Source: Octopus sinensis
Taxonomy: Eukaryota
Assembly (NCBI RefSeq): GCF_006345805.1
Contig: NC_043001.1
Location: 131,626,001-131,690,000 of the forward strand
Direction: 5' to 3'
Length of the DNA stretch: 64,000 nucleotides
Part shown: positions 49,970 through 63,375 of the stretch, one piece after another
Layout: every line of letters begins with the position of its first letter
How positions within the stretch are numbered: position 1 is the stretch's first letter
The notes under the pieces: model-generated
Databases searched by the model: none
Seen by the model: the letters and a program-made list of their open reading frames with translations, nothing else
Told to the model about the DNA's origin: nothing
Program-made: the position numbers and the translations under genes

Positions 49970-51570
49970 AGTAGCCTCTACACAAACATGCCTCGTGCAT
50001 TAGGATTAGAAGCAGTAAAATTTTGTTCAGACAAATATCCACGCAGAACTCAGGAGCGATTAAAAAGAATCATACTTGAAGGATTAGTTCTTGGTACTAG
50101 AACATAACTACTTTTTTGATAACCAACATACCTTTTAAATACGAGGTTCGGCAAAGGAAACTAAAGTCACACCAACGTTTGCAGCTCTCGTAATAGGATT
50201 CCTTGAAGGAAATATCTTTTCTTTTTCTGGAATTACTTTTCATTAGCATTTCCAATGGTACTTAAAAGGAGTTTGGAAAAACCTCCTCGGTGACTAAACA
50301 TTTTGGAATAGAAGTAAGGAAGACCTTACAAGATTCCTTAAATTAATAAATAGCATTCGTCAATTGAATCAGTTAACAATGATAAAACATATTTTGGATC
50401 AGCGGTACAGAAAACCTTATGAGATTCCTTAAATTAATAAATAGCATTCGTGGATCGATACAGATAACAATGGAAAAATATTTCGTTTCTTGAACCTTCT
50501 GGTAACTAAGGAAAATGAGACAGATATAATTTCTACTGCAAGAATACGGGCACACACAAATATTTAAATTTTAGATATTGCTACTCATCCCACGTGAGAA
50601 AAGCATCCTGTTTAATATGGCAAAATGTATGTTCTCATTAGTTAAATACAAAAATAAGCGAGAGAAAGAAAAATACCCCCTAAATCTAAGCAAATCATGC
50701 TTTAATCAACGCAAAGGTGACCCCAATCTTTGTCTAACGAAGAAACCCTTATGATGAATCACCAGTTCTTACATTCGATCAAACAATGCATTCCAATCCA
50801 ACAACACTCATTAAATCTCAGAAAAATAATTAAAGAATCACAAATTGTCTACAGCTGCAGGCAATTTACAAATCTTAATAGACTCTAAACAAGGGCGAAA
50901 TTCACATCAGAAGAAGAAATAATGCAGGTAGCAAACTGCAGAGAGTTTCGTTGTGGGACGCGTGAAACAACTGAACGGAGAACAATCAAAGGATTCAAGA
51001 ATAGAAAAAAATTGCAGGTTAATGCGAATATGGGTCGCTAAAAAGATATCCTTTACTACATTACATGACTTTCGGAAACATTTTTTCACGCTCAGAGTTG
51101 CTGAAGCATGGAACAAACTGCCTGCGTCAGTTGTTGACTGCCATGACACTGCATCCTTTAAGGCCCTCATGCTTTCCGAAATCCGCCGAAACTACACCTG
51201 ATTATACATACACTTTAGATGAGTTGTAGTGCACCTGAGCACTGTACACAATGTTTTTATTATTATTATTATTATTATTATATGTCCAGAATGCAATGTG
51301 AATTGTACTGATCAAAAAGGTTAGAGTACATACACTATAAATTAAACATTCATCCATTAAAATGTTTTATGTAGTAAATATCTAGGCATTTGTGCAAATG
51401 GAAAAGTCGAAATAATCGTTTTGTTTTTTACAAAACAAAGGAAAAAATGATCAGTTATGAAATACAAAAGAAGAATACTTTATAAGAATTTTCAATACAA
51501 AACTAAACTGAGAATAATCAACAACACTACTAAAAGCTGATTCCCTCCAAACAAATGAATCCAAATGACG
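49970..51570 (+). pseudogene. Penelope-like element (RT + GIY-YIG endonuclease) remnant, interrupted by a CR1 fragment
   Basis: SSLYTNMPRALGLEAVK, TPTFAALVIGFLE, FLKLINSI..IQITMEK, YSCRQFTNL..RAKF, CREFRCGT, DILYY|IICPEC and SKYLGICANGK follow the PLE RT-to-GIY-YIG layout, with many indels and stops. Confidence 0.75.
51063..51281 (+). mobile_element. CR1/L2-type LINE 3' end with (ATT)n tail
   Basis: HDFRKHFFTLRVAEAWNKLPASVVDCHDTASFKALMLSEIRRNYT*; same family as 20643-21103. Confidence 0.9.
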
Positions 51571-51867
51571 TGCGTTTGAAAACCTTAACAGCGAAAGTGT
51601 TTGCTCACTCAATACGAAAACTTCCTTCCAAAAGGTTCGCGTCGTTCTGTTTTGTTTTTAAAAGATTTAAAAAAGTACTTTTTGAAAGACATTTTTATAT
51701 GATAAATATTTTTTATTTTAAGAATATCTTTCTTCAAATATTGTCTGTATTAAGTGTGTTATGCAAAAACGTTTATACATACATACATATATAGATATGT
51801 ACACACACTTACATGCGCTCACACAAGTATATACATATGTATGTATCTATCTGTGTGTGTATGTGCG

Positions 51868-51917
<50 letters not shown>

Positions 51918-52183
51918 ATATATATGTTATAAGGGCCTGATGATTGGGGTGGCATCTTGAGAGGGGTTCCAGGAAATATGGAGCGGTTTGAAAACCCAAA
52001 GATGTACCTCATGAAACACGTGTAGCCAAGGAATAAAAGTGTAGGTATTTAAAATAAAAATAAAAATTCTTTTTATTTGGTGAAAGTAGGGGTATACTAT
52101 CTCTAAATCAAAATATATTTCTTCATTGAGAATAATTTGAACCTCTGTTATGCCGGAATTGTTATTCCCTAAAAAATAATATT

Positions 52184-52237
<54 letters not shown>

Positions 52238-52918
52238 ATATATATAATATATATATATCCACTCCATCACATACATGATGTATGTATGTGTGTACATATT
52301 CATGTATGCACGTGTGCCCTTCATATCTACTCTAGAGTATAGTATTTTGGAGTAAGTATAATTGAAACACAATATCTTCCTGCAAGCCCTATAAATTAGC
52401 CCTCAGAGTTACAAGTGGCCAGCAAGTCACATTTTGGTCATTGTTGGTATAGAGGTACCCTCAATCCAGCCGCGTTTGCCTGATAATCATAGGGAATTGT
52501 GGGTAATGAAAAGAGATAATTGTAGCGATAGGCTGTTGTTGGGAGACATTGATGCTCGTTTGCTGTGATGGCTGGTTCGTTAGGTGATGAGCAAAGATAA
52601 TGAGTGGGTCAGTGAAGACGTGGTAAGGTTACTTGTGATATGGGTTACAGCGTTAGTGGTGGTCATGGTGATAATAGGGGTGGGATGGATTGGTGGTGTT
52701 ACGGGTAGTAGGTGGTAGGGTAGGAGTTTCTTTGTGGCAGTTGTGGGAGCAGATTTATTGAATTAAGAAAGTATTACTGATTTCAAGAATGTTGTGAGAG
52801 AAGAGAAAATATAATGAAATAAATTAAATTATAATAATGGGAAAATAAAACACAAAATGATTAAACAAACACATAGATAATCAGATAAATATATATGTAT
52901 CTCGTTGTGTACATCTCA

Positions 52919-52919
<1 letters not shown>

Positions 52920-52961
<42 letters not shown>

Positions 52962-53517
52962 TATATATAATATATATATATATGTATGTATGTATGTATG
53001 TATGCTCACGCACATACATACATACATACATGTAAGTATGTGTATATGTGCATACATGCATACGTACATACATACATACACACATACATACACACACACA
53101 CATACATACATACATACATACACACATACATATATATATATATAATATATATATATATATATGCACACGCACATACATACATACATGTAATGTATGTGTA
53201 ATGTGCATACATACATACATACATACATACATACATACATACACATACATACATACATACATACTACAACATACATACATACATACATACATACTACATA
53301 TATATATATATATATATACATACTACATATATTATATGCGTGTTTTTATAATATATATGTGCATTATATATGTATATGTAAATATATATTACATATATAT
53401 ACATTTATATATATGTATGTATGGATGTATATAATATTATATATCTGTTTATATATATGTATACATCCACGACTATATATATGTATAATATATATATATA
53501 TATATATTATATATAAT

Positions 53518-53559
<42 letters not shown>

Positions 53560-53590
53560 TGTTATATATATATATATATAATATTTATTC
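52920..53590. repeat. Compound (TA)n/(TACA)n microsatellite
   Basis: Direct inspection. Confidence 0.95.
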
Positions 53591-54114
53591 ACACTTACAT
53601 GAACATAACAAGCATACAGAAAACTATATGTATATATGTATGTATTAAATATATAAACAAATGTAATTGAATGAAGACATTTGACACTTTGTTCAAAATG
53701 GTAAAAAATAAAAAAATATCTAAATAAATGGAAAAAGAAACAGTATTTTATTTTGCAATTCAAATAAAATTACAGCAGAATGACTAATTTTGGAAACCCA
53801 TTTCAGTGACAGCTGCTTGCAAATACATATTTGATAAATGAATCAGTCTCTGGTGATATAGATAGAGAATTTTTAAAGAAAGCCCAACTTGGCAGACAGA
53901 AGGATATTGACACATTAAATGTTATTACATAAAATACAAAAAACAAAAAGATAAATGAAAAATAATATATTGATTGATACTACTACTAATAATGATATTA
54001 ATAATAATAAGGATGGTGATGATGATGATGATGATGACGATGAGCATGCTGATGATCATGATGATGATGACGATTGTGATGGTGGTGTTGATGGTGGTGG
54101 TGACGATGATGTCA

Positions 54115-54145
<31 letters not shown>

Positions 54146-54362
54146 GGAGAGGAGGAGGAGGAGGAGGGGGACGGTAATGATGGCAATGATGATGAAGATG
54201 GTGAAGAGGAGGAGAAAGGATAAGAGTAATAGTGTTCTTGTAAATGCCAAGATTTTTAATAACAATAAATTAACAATGATGATGGTGATGATGAAGATGA
54301 GGATAAAATTATTTTCTTTGTGCTATGGTAGCGTAAAAGTGAAAGTAAAAGATGTTATAATA

Positions 54363-54780
54363 GGCGCAGGAGTGGCTGTGTGGTAAGTAGCTTGCTAACC
54401 AACCACATGGTTCCGGGTTCAGTCCCCCTGCGTGGCATCTTGGGCAAGTGTCTTCTGCTATAGCCCCGGGCCGACCAATGCCTTGTGAGTGGATTTGGTA
54501 GACGGAAACTGAAAGAAGCCTGTCGTATATATGTATATATATATATGTATGTATGTGTGTGTATGTGTTTGTGTGTCTGTGTTTGTCTCCCTAGCATTGC
54601 TTGACAACCGATGCTGGTGTGTTTACGTCCCCGTCACTTAGCGGTTCGGCAAAAGGGACCGATAGAATGAGTACTGGGCTTACAAAGAATAAGTCACGGG
54701 GTCAATTTGCTCGACTAAAGGCGGTGCTCCAGCATGGCCGCAGTCAAATGACTGAAACAAGTAAAAGAGTAAAAGAGTAA
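54363..54780 (+). mobile_element. SINE family A, full length
   Basis: Complete, little-diverged copy. Confidence 0.92.
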
Positions 54781-54784
54781 TAAT

Positions 54785-55025
54785 AGCACCAACAATAATC
54801 CTTTCTATTAAAGGCACAAAGCCCGAAACATTTTGGAGGTGGGGCGGGGGAAAGTCGATTGTATCGACGCCCGTGTTTCATTAGTATTTAATTTATTGAC
54901 CCCATAAAGATGAAAAAAAAGGGCAAAGTTGACCTCAGCGGAATTTGAACACAGAACGTAAAGACGGACGAAATGCCATTATGCATTTTGTCTGGCGCGC
55001 TAGCGTTTCTGCCAGCTCGCCACCT
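54785..55025 (-). mobile_element. SINE family B
   Basis: The reverse complement starts GGTGGCGAGCTGGCAGAAACGCTAGC. Confidence 0.8.
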
Positions 55026-55313
55026 TAATGACAATAATGATGATGATGATGATAATAATGATGATGATAATAATGATGATGATGATGATGATGATAGTAA
55101 TAATAATAATATAAATAGTAATAATAATAATAATAATATCATAATGACAATACAACATAATATAGGGCACACTAGGATAACAACAACATAATAATAATAA
55201 TGGAGCCAATACAAATATAAAGAAAGTCAAACATAGAATAATAATAATAATAATAATAATATAATAATAAAAAATAATAATAATCATATATAATAATAAT
55301 AATAATAATAATA

Positions 55314-55858
55314 AATGCCCTGATGCAGTACCAGACAGTGGCTCTCATGGCTTCTGATCTTAACTGATTGGAAGTGTACATTGTTTTGTCTTGGTATAAA
55401 AGATGGGCTACAGCAAATATTCTGCTCTATACCACAGATTTTCTTGTCAGTTGTTTGACCTTAACCAGTTGAGCATGTCCCTTAGTGGCTGACGATATGT
55501 GCATCTCTGATCACGAGCAGAAGTAGTGGGGGAGCATCATAGCCATGTGTTGAGAAGGATTCTTTGGGGTTTGAATAATTCACCTCTGGAAACATAGGTG
55601 TTTCGTTCAACGTCCTTAAACAACCCTTATTCAGGGACCTTTTGAGCGGGATGGGTTACTCGATCTGAAGAAAATTCTAACTGGGCTCCACCTGCAAGGT
55701 CATGTGCTGTTTATCTTGATATGAGATCACCATGTCGCGCACATATGGTTGTGATGCATGTGCCTGGTGTACCCTTATCAGACGGGTAGTCATGATGGGT
55801 ATACTGGGCTTCGTATATTTTACCCCAGTGTCACTTTGATGGCATGCTCTGCTCACTC

Positions 55859-55860
<2 letters not shown>
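55314..55860 (+). mobile_element. Unclassified ~545-bp element flanked by (AAT)n, probably a retrotransposon 3' UTR or non-autonomous derivative
   Basis: Non-coding and bounded by (AAT)n on both sides. A diverged partial second copy lies at 55941-56218. Confidence 0.6.
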
Positions 55861-55901
<41 letters not shown>

Positions 55902-56219
55902 TCATAATAATAATAATAATAATAATAAATAATAATAATAATAGCCATGTTTCGGGAGGAATCCTTCGGAGTTTGAATAATTCACCTCTCGAAACATGGG
56001 TGTTTCGTTCAACCCTTATTCTGGGACCGCTTAAGCGGGATGGGCTACTGAAGAAAATTGTAACTGGGCCCCCACCTGCAAGGTCAATGCGCACACATGG
56101 TTGTGATGTAGGAGCCTGGTGTATCCTTATCAGACCGGTAGTCATGATGGGGATATTGGGCTTCGTTTATTTGTACCCCAGTTTCACTTGGATGTCATGC
56201 ATTGCTCTCTCACTCAATA

Positions 56220-56227
56220 CTACTAGT

Positions 56228-56268
<41 letters not shown>

Positions 56269-56311
56269 TAGTAGTAGCAGCAGCAGCAGCAGTAGTAGTA
56301 GCAGTAGTAGC

Positions 56312-56352
<41 letters not shown>

Positions 56353-56383
56353 CAACAGCAGTAGTAGTAGTAGTAGCAGCAGC

Positions 56384-56438
<55 letters not shown>

Positions 56439-56440
56439 AA
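56220..56440. repeat. (AGT)n/(AGC)n microsatellite
   Basis: Direct inspection. Confidence 0.95.
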
Positions 56441-56690
56441 TTACAAATAATAAATAAGTACCAGTTATGCATTGGGGGTCGATGTAACCGTCTTAATCCC
56501 TTTTCCCAAACTTGAGGTCTTGTGCTTCCGGTAGAAAGGAATATTATTGTTGTTGTTGCTTTAGTAAATGCGATGAGCTAGCAGAATTACAAATAATAAA
56601 TATATGAATGACAACATTAAATATTTAAATAAACAGAACAGAAATTAGGTGAGACCACAATATACGCAAGACATATACATGTTTGCTTAA

Positions 56691-56912
56691 CCCTTTTGTT
56701 ACTAACCCGGCCAAAACCGGCTCTGGTTCTGTAGTACAAATGTCTTCTTTTCATAAGTTTTGAATTAAAATATTCCACCAAGCCTTAGTCACAATTTATG
56801 TTCCTAACACTTGCTTAATGATAACTAATTCATTTTACTAAATTCTATGTTATATTTTAAATTAATTGAAAGAAACACAGAGCATCTCAAAATAAATACA
56901 GTAACGAAAGGG
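56691..56912. mobile_element. TTAA-type MITE (piggyBac-like), second family
   Basis: TTAA|CCCTTTTGTTAC ... GTAACGAAAGGG|TTTG; right target duplication degenerate. Confidence 0.7.
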
Positions 56913-57411
56913 TTTGCATCTTTTACTTCTGAAATGTCATTTCCACAGTGCTGTGTGACTTCCAGCATGGATTGTGGCAGATCATGCCAGTAGACAATCC
57001 AAATCCTCCATGTCTAGTCATTCATTCTTGCAAACTGTTTTGGTAAATTTCCACGGCCCGTTACACTTTCCAAGTATGAACTTACTGCTATGCTGTGCTT
57101 TTCCATCCGCGACGTACCAAAGAATTTTACCCTCCTTGGTATTTTAGAGCATACACACCAGCAGCCTCGGAAATGCCCAAGGGCTCGCTCTTGTTACAAA
57201 TATGTTGAGTGTGAAAATATTTTTCGATTATTTGCCTCTTCTAATTTATTCGCTAACTTCTCCTCTAGTCTGCCGCTCTTTATTACTAAGTCCTTCCTAA
57301 AACTCATAGATTCTGCTCTAGCGTTTTTTTTTTTCATTTTTGTGAGACTCGTACCGTGTTGCACTCATTAACTATCACTTCTCATTTAACCAATTCACTA
57401 ATCTTGTCACT

Positions 57412-57635
57412 TCTTCTTCTTCTTTCTTCTTCTTCTTCTTCTTCTTCTTCTTCTTCTTCTTCTTCTTCTTCTTCATCTCATTCTTCTTCTTCTTTTTCTT
57501 CTTCTTCTTCTTCTTCTTCTTATTCTTATTCTTCATCTCATTCTTCTTCTTCTTCTTCTTCTTCTTCTTCTTCTCCTTCTTCTTCTTCTTCTTTTTCTTC
57601 TTCTTCTTCTTCTTCTTCTTTTCTTCTTCTTCTTC
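57412..57635. repeat. (CTT)n polypyrimidine microsatellite
   Basis: Direct inspection. Confidence 0.95.
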
Positions 57636-57649
57636 TACAACAACAACAA

Positions 57650-58195
57650 TAACAAGAATCCTTTCTACTATAGGCACAAGTAGGGAGGGGTACAGTCGAT
57701 CACATCGACCCTAGTCCTTAACTGGTACTTTATCGACTCCGAAGCTTGAAAGTGGATTTGAACTCAGAACGTCAAGACGGATTAAATGCTATTTCTTTAC
57801 AATCCACAAAGGGCTAAACACAGAGGGCACAAACAAGGACAGACAAACGGATTAAGTCGATTATATCGACCCCAGTGCGTAACTGGTACTTATTTAATCG
57901 ACCCCGAAAGCATGAAAAGCAAAGTCGACCTCGGCGGTATTTGAACTCAGAACGTAACGGCAGACGAAATACGGCTATGCATTTCGCCCGGCGTGCTAAC
58001 GTGTCTGCCAGCTCATCGCATTAACAAAAGCAACAACGACAACAACAATAATAGTTCTTTTTACCGGAAGCACAAGACTTTAAGTTTGGGGAAAGGGATT
58101 AAGATGGTTACATCGATCCCAATGCATAACTGGTACTTATTTATTCGACCCTGAAAGGATGAAAGACCTCGGCAGTATTTGAACTCAGAACATAA
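57650..58195 (-). mobile_element. Cluster of three SINE family B copies (57650-57785, 57790-58020, 58055-58195)
   Basis: Repeated ACTGGTACTT..TCGACCC..GAAAG..GAACTCAGAAC. Confidence 0.85.
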
Positions 58196-58225
58196 AGCAA
58201 TAATAATAATAATAGTAATAATGAA

Positions 58226-58256
<31 letters not shown>

Positions 58257-58274
58257 TTAATAATGATAATAATA

Positions 58275-58323
<49 letters not shown>

Positions 58324-61300
58324 GACACCGGGGACGTTTAAGAGGAAGACACCGGGGACGTTTAAGATGTAAGAAGGAAAATACAGAGCTCCGAAATCTA
58401 TCCCACACACTCGAAAACAAGGACACCCTATGGAGCCAAAGATTTACTAACAAAGAATTGGACTATATCCGAGAAAGTAATACTAACTGAAATTTATTAC
58501 TATTTTCGAAACGAAATGATGTATTTGACTCGATATTATCTCCACCTCTAACACAACACATGTAAACATGCGTGGAACAACACGATCATCCCCGACCTCA
58601 AACACCATGTACAAAGGAAACTACGAAGAAATTAAATGCCACCGATACTATTCAACCCAAGAATAACAATCGAGCGGTACGTACATTAAACCTACAACAA
58701 AAAATGTACGAAAAACTACACGTGCGAAATAATGTGACAACAGAAATAAACGGACCGGTACCCTACGAAAATGACGACCGTCAAAATAATGGGCCGGAGT
58801 TGTACCTCATGTCCCGCAATTAAAACCAAAAGACGTAAATGGACACGTGAGGAATACATTTCTATCTTACACGCATACTTCACAGCAATGCTCTACCCAC
58901 AAAATGAAAATACAACAACACATACATATAAAATATGGAAGGAAAATAATAGAGATATAGACTTGGATACAGCAATGAACCCTAATAAATTAGCTAACGT
59001 ACGAAGATACATTCTCAAAGCCAAAAAAATATCAGAAATAGAAATAGAACATTTAAGAAAAAAATACACAGGAAAATGTAGATAGAAGCCACACAACAAT
59101 GCCCAATAATATAAACACTGAAACTGTAAAACACGAAGACAAACGCAACATTCCCAACAAACACGATGTAAACAACGAAGGGGAGCCTAATGATTATGAT
59201 AATATAAAAAATAAAATAATCAAAGAACTGAAAACCACAGAGCCCAAAATGGATCACCGACCATACCTCCCAAGAATAAAAATAAACGCAATAACAACAC
59301 CAATTATAAACAACATAAACCTAGCCGTCACTGAACTAGCCACTGAAACAAAAAAAGTGATATCACTGAACTAAATGACTTGATATACGCAGCAGCCACT
59401 GCAGCCACAAAAGAAGCTGGATACTCACCCAAACCCGCCCAAACAGAGGAGTACCACCACCCAAAAAAACCTGTGGATAAATAACATCCAAAAACAAAAT
59501 AAAAAAAAATTAGGAAAGACCTGTCGATTCTTAATGAAATCAGCAAACAATCAACGCTACTGAGCAACAAAAAAAAGAGAACAAAAATGCTCCGCAAATA
59601 TAACATCACAGAAAAAGATTTGCCGGAGATAAAAGAAAAGCTGAAGCAAGATATCCTTGCCAAAGCTCAAAGGATCCGCCGGTACGAGAAACGCCAACGC
59701 TTCTTTGAACAGAACAAAAAGTTCAACTCCGACCCCAAAAAGTTCTACCAAGAACTGGGCAAAAATAAAATAGAAGTCACTGCAGCACCAACGGCAGAAG
59801 AATTGGAAGAATTCTGGAGAGAAATATGGTCGGCGAACGAACAGCCAAACAAAAGAGGAGTATGAAAATACACAAACTCGGCATCTGAACAACTTTGGAC
59901 CCCATAACAACTGAAGAGGTCACCCAGGCACTGCAAAAACTAAGCAACTGGAAGGCACCTGGGCATGACAAGATCCCCAACGTCTGGTTGAAATATCTAA
60001 CAGGAATGCACAAAAAGCTGGCTGAAAACTTTAACAGCATACTAGCAGAGCCAGAGACAATGCCTGAATGGCTCACGAAGGGGAAAACCATCTTAATTCC
60101 CAAATCAAATGAAACAACAAAACCAGAAAACTACAGACCAATAACCTGCCTCCCTACTATGTTCAAGGCATTTACTGCAGTGATATCGCAAAGGCTGAAC
60201 AAGCACCTGGACGAAAACAAACTGTTCCCAGAAGAGCAGAAAGGATGCCGCAAGGGCTCATATGGCTGTAAAGATTAATAAAGCCGTAACTGAAGACAGC
60301 CACAGAAAGAAGAAAGGCCTAAGTATGGCCTGGATTGACTACAAAAAGGCGTTTGATAGCATCCCCCACACATGGATCCTCGAAACACTAGCCATTAACA
60401 AAGTAGCACCAACAATCATAAAATTCATAGAGCACTCTATGAATAAATGGCAAACAGTCCTACACCTCCAAACAAAAGAGGGACTCATGAAAACCAAAGA
60501 CATCCCCATTAGAAGAGGAATATTCCAGGGAGACACGCTCTCTCCACTCCTTTTCTGCTTGGCACTGTCACCTCTATCTGATATGCTAAATAGAACTGGA
60601 TGCGGATATAAATGTTACGGCAAAACGATCAGCCACCTTTTATATATGGATGACCTAAAACTATACGCTGCAAATGACAAACAGCTGGAAACACTATTAA
60701 AGACAGTTCATGGATTTACCAAGAAATAGATATGAAATTGGATTAGAAAAATGCGCCAAAGTAACCCTGAAAAGAGGAAAACTAGTTAAGAGTAACAAAC
60801 ATCACACTAGATAAAACCAATGAAATAAAAGAATTAGACCAAAGCCAAACTTACAAATACTTAGGAATCCATGAACTAGATAAGACACAACACACACAAA
60901 TGAAAGAGAAAATAAAAAAAGAATATTATAGACGAGTTAGATCAATACTAAAACAGAGCTCAATGCTAAAAACAAGATAATAGGTATCAACACTTTAGCT
61001 GTCCCAGTTATAAGTTACAGCTACAATATCCTTAACTGGACACGAAATGAACTGTCAAAATAGATAGGAAAATACAAAAAAAAAAATACTGACAGGATCT
61101 AGGATGCATCACCAAAATCTGACATAGAAAGACTATATATACAACGTATAGAAGGTGGTAGAGGCCTTATACAGCTGGAAAACTACTATAAAATAACCAC
61201 CATAGGACTGCAAAAATACCTACTTCAGAAGGAAGGAAAACTGATCCAGAAGCAGCAAAACACGAGCAAAACAAGAAAACTGTTCTCAGTATTTAAGGAA

Positions 61301-62310
61301 GCTGACAAATACAAACAAGAAATCATACCACCTAATAAACACAAAGAAGAAGAAGAAGATGATGAAAGAGAAAGAAAAAACAAAAACTATAAAACAAATG
61401 AAATCCAAACTAAAAATAGAACAGCAACGAGCCATGATAAAACGATGGCAAGAAAAGCCCCTTCATGGTAAATACTGCACTAAACTAAACGCAAAAGAAA
61501 TAGACAAAGAAAAATCCCAGCAATGGTTGAGAAGCTCAGGACTCAAAGCAGAAACAGAGGGATTTTTAATTGCAGCACAAGACCAAAGCCTCCCCACCAG
61601 AAATTACCAAAAACATGTAATGAAAAGAAATATTACAAGTAACTGCAGAATATGTGGAGATGGACAAGAAACAATAAATCATATTATCTCTAGCTGCCCA
61701 GTCCTGGCCCAGAAGGAATATATTCACAGACATGACAGAGTTGGAACCTACATACATTGGAAGCTATGCCAACATTATGGAATAACAACAGAAAAAAGAT
61801 GGTATAGGCACACACCAGAAAAGGTCACAGAAAACGAGAAAGCAACCATACTCTGGGATATGCCGATACACACAGATAGAGAAATTAAGGCCAACAGACC
61901 AGATATAGTTTCAGAGATCATGAAGAAAAAAAAATGCTTTCTAATTGATGTATCAATACCGGCAGATGAAAACGTGTCTCTAAAAGAAATGGAGAAACTC
62001 TCAAAATACAAAGACCTGGAAATAGAGGTAACTAGAATGTGGAATCTGAAAACAGAAACAATTCCTATCATAGTAGGTGCATTAGGCATGATAAAAAAAT
62101 ATTCAGACAAATACATAACAAAAACACCAGGACTTACAAAACACATATAACATACAGAAAATTGCACTACTAGGCACTGCACACATCCTACGCAGAACAC
62201 TTTCCATACAAACCATCAGAGCATCACAACAAATCACAGCACATACCCAAGGCACACAGAGCTGCGCTCGGTAGTGAGTGTGAAAGCACGCTATAAAATA
62301 AAACTACTGA
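58324..62310 (+). mobile_element. R4-clade (Dong-like) RLE non-LTR retrotransposon, near full length and frameshifted
   Basis: N-terminal KRRKWTREEY; RT motifs KAPGHDKI, NYRPITCLPT, EQKGCRKG, WIDYKKAFDSIPH, RGIFQGDTLSP, YMDD (60643-60654); KPLHGKY; CCHC CRICG..ETINHIISSC; RHD; RPDIV..LIDVSIP..EKLSKY nuclease; (AAT)n on both sides. Confidence 0.95.
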
Positions 62311-62344
62311 ATAATAATAATAATAATAATCAAAGCAAAAAAAA

Positions 62345-62545
62345 AAGAGTGCCATTGTCATCAAGTGAACGATATTTCGACATCTCGTGTATCTTCCGCA
62401 GGTTTGCTTCTATATTTTCTGGAGAAGTTACCTCAATCCTATAAATATTAACCAAAAGGAAATAGATTGACACGTTTATTTTTTGAACCTGTGGAAGACA
62501 CACGAAATGTCGAAATATCGTTCACTTGGTGACAATAGCACTCTT
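62345..62545. mobile_element. Inverted pair of short repeats with hammerhead-like motifs
   Basis: Arms 62345-62404 and 62486-62545. The right arm reads GAAC-CTGTGGA-A-GAC-ACACGAAAT-GTC-GAA-ATAT-C-GTTC. Confidence 0.65.
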
Positions 62546-62584
62546 CTTTTACTTTTGCTAATAATAATAATAATTATTATTATT

Positions 62585-62730
62585 ATTATTATTATTTCTA
62601 ATTTTGCCTCAAGGCCAGCAATTTTGTGGAGCAAATTGATTATACTGACCCAAGTAGCAGACTTGTATTTTATCGTCCTTGAAAGGACGAAAGCAAAGTT
62701 TACCTCAATGGTATTTGAATGAAGAATACA
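62585..62730 (-). mobile_element. SINE family B, degenerate
   Basis: GAAAGGACGAAAGCAAAGTTTACCTC motif. Confidence 0.55.
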
Positions 62731-63375
62731 AAGACTCGAAAGAAATTCAAATAAGCACTGAAGAACAGCTGTTGTAGTCAGAAATAAACATGGATTCTGT
62801 GTCAAAATTTCTGATATAAGAATGTCTATACCCAAGAAAAAAAAAACATAGAAAATCAAGTTACTGATGAAGATAGAAGATAATAAAAATTATCTTTTAA
62901 TTCATAAAGATATGCAAAAAATATATATATAGAAAATGATATTGTAGAAAGATAAATTATTCGTGTAAAGTCGTATTAATACGCTTGTGCACACTCGGAC
63001 GTGGGGAGAACGTCTGCTGCTGAAATAGCCCCGGGAGAAAATTCTCTTCCCGGATGACATGCGTGAAAAGACTTTGGGCTGTGAATGACGTTAATAGGTT
63101 GTAAAACAAATGCGTTTCTGCAGTCGTGTCGTCAGCTGCGAACGCACAATCTGTCAAGAACAACCCAATAAAAATGAATGCATTCTTATATTAGAAGAGC
63201 ATATGGTACATCAGCTATCTGCGTAAAGCTTGGTCAAGCTAGAATTAAATACAGTCGCACCAAACAGCGTTGAATAAAATACGACGGTGTAAAGCAATAT
63301 TTAACTCGTTCGAGGGACACTCGGTAAGGGGGGGGGGGCTTTCGCTGCGGAAATTGCCCTTGTGGACAATATTCT

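Noticed and set aside
55844-56515. 223-aa ORF with poly-N and poly-S
   Set aside because: It is built from (AAT)n and (AGT)n tracts flanking a repeat copy.
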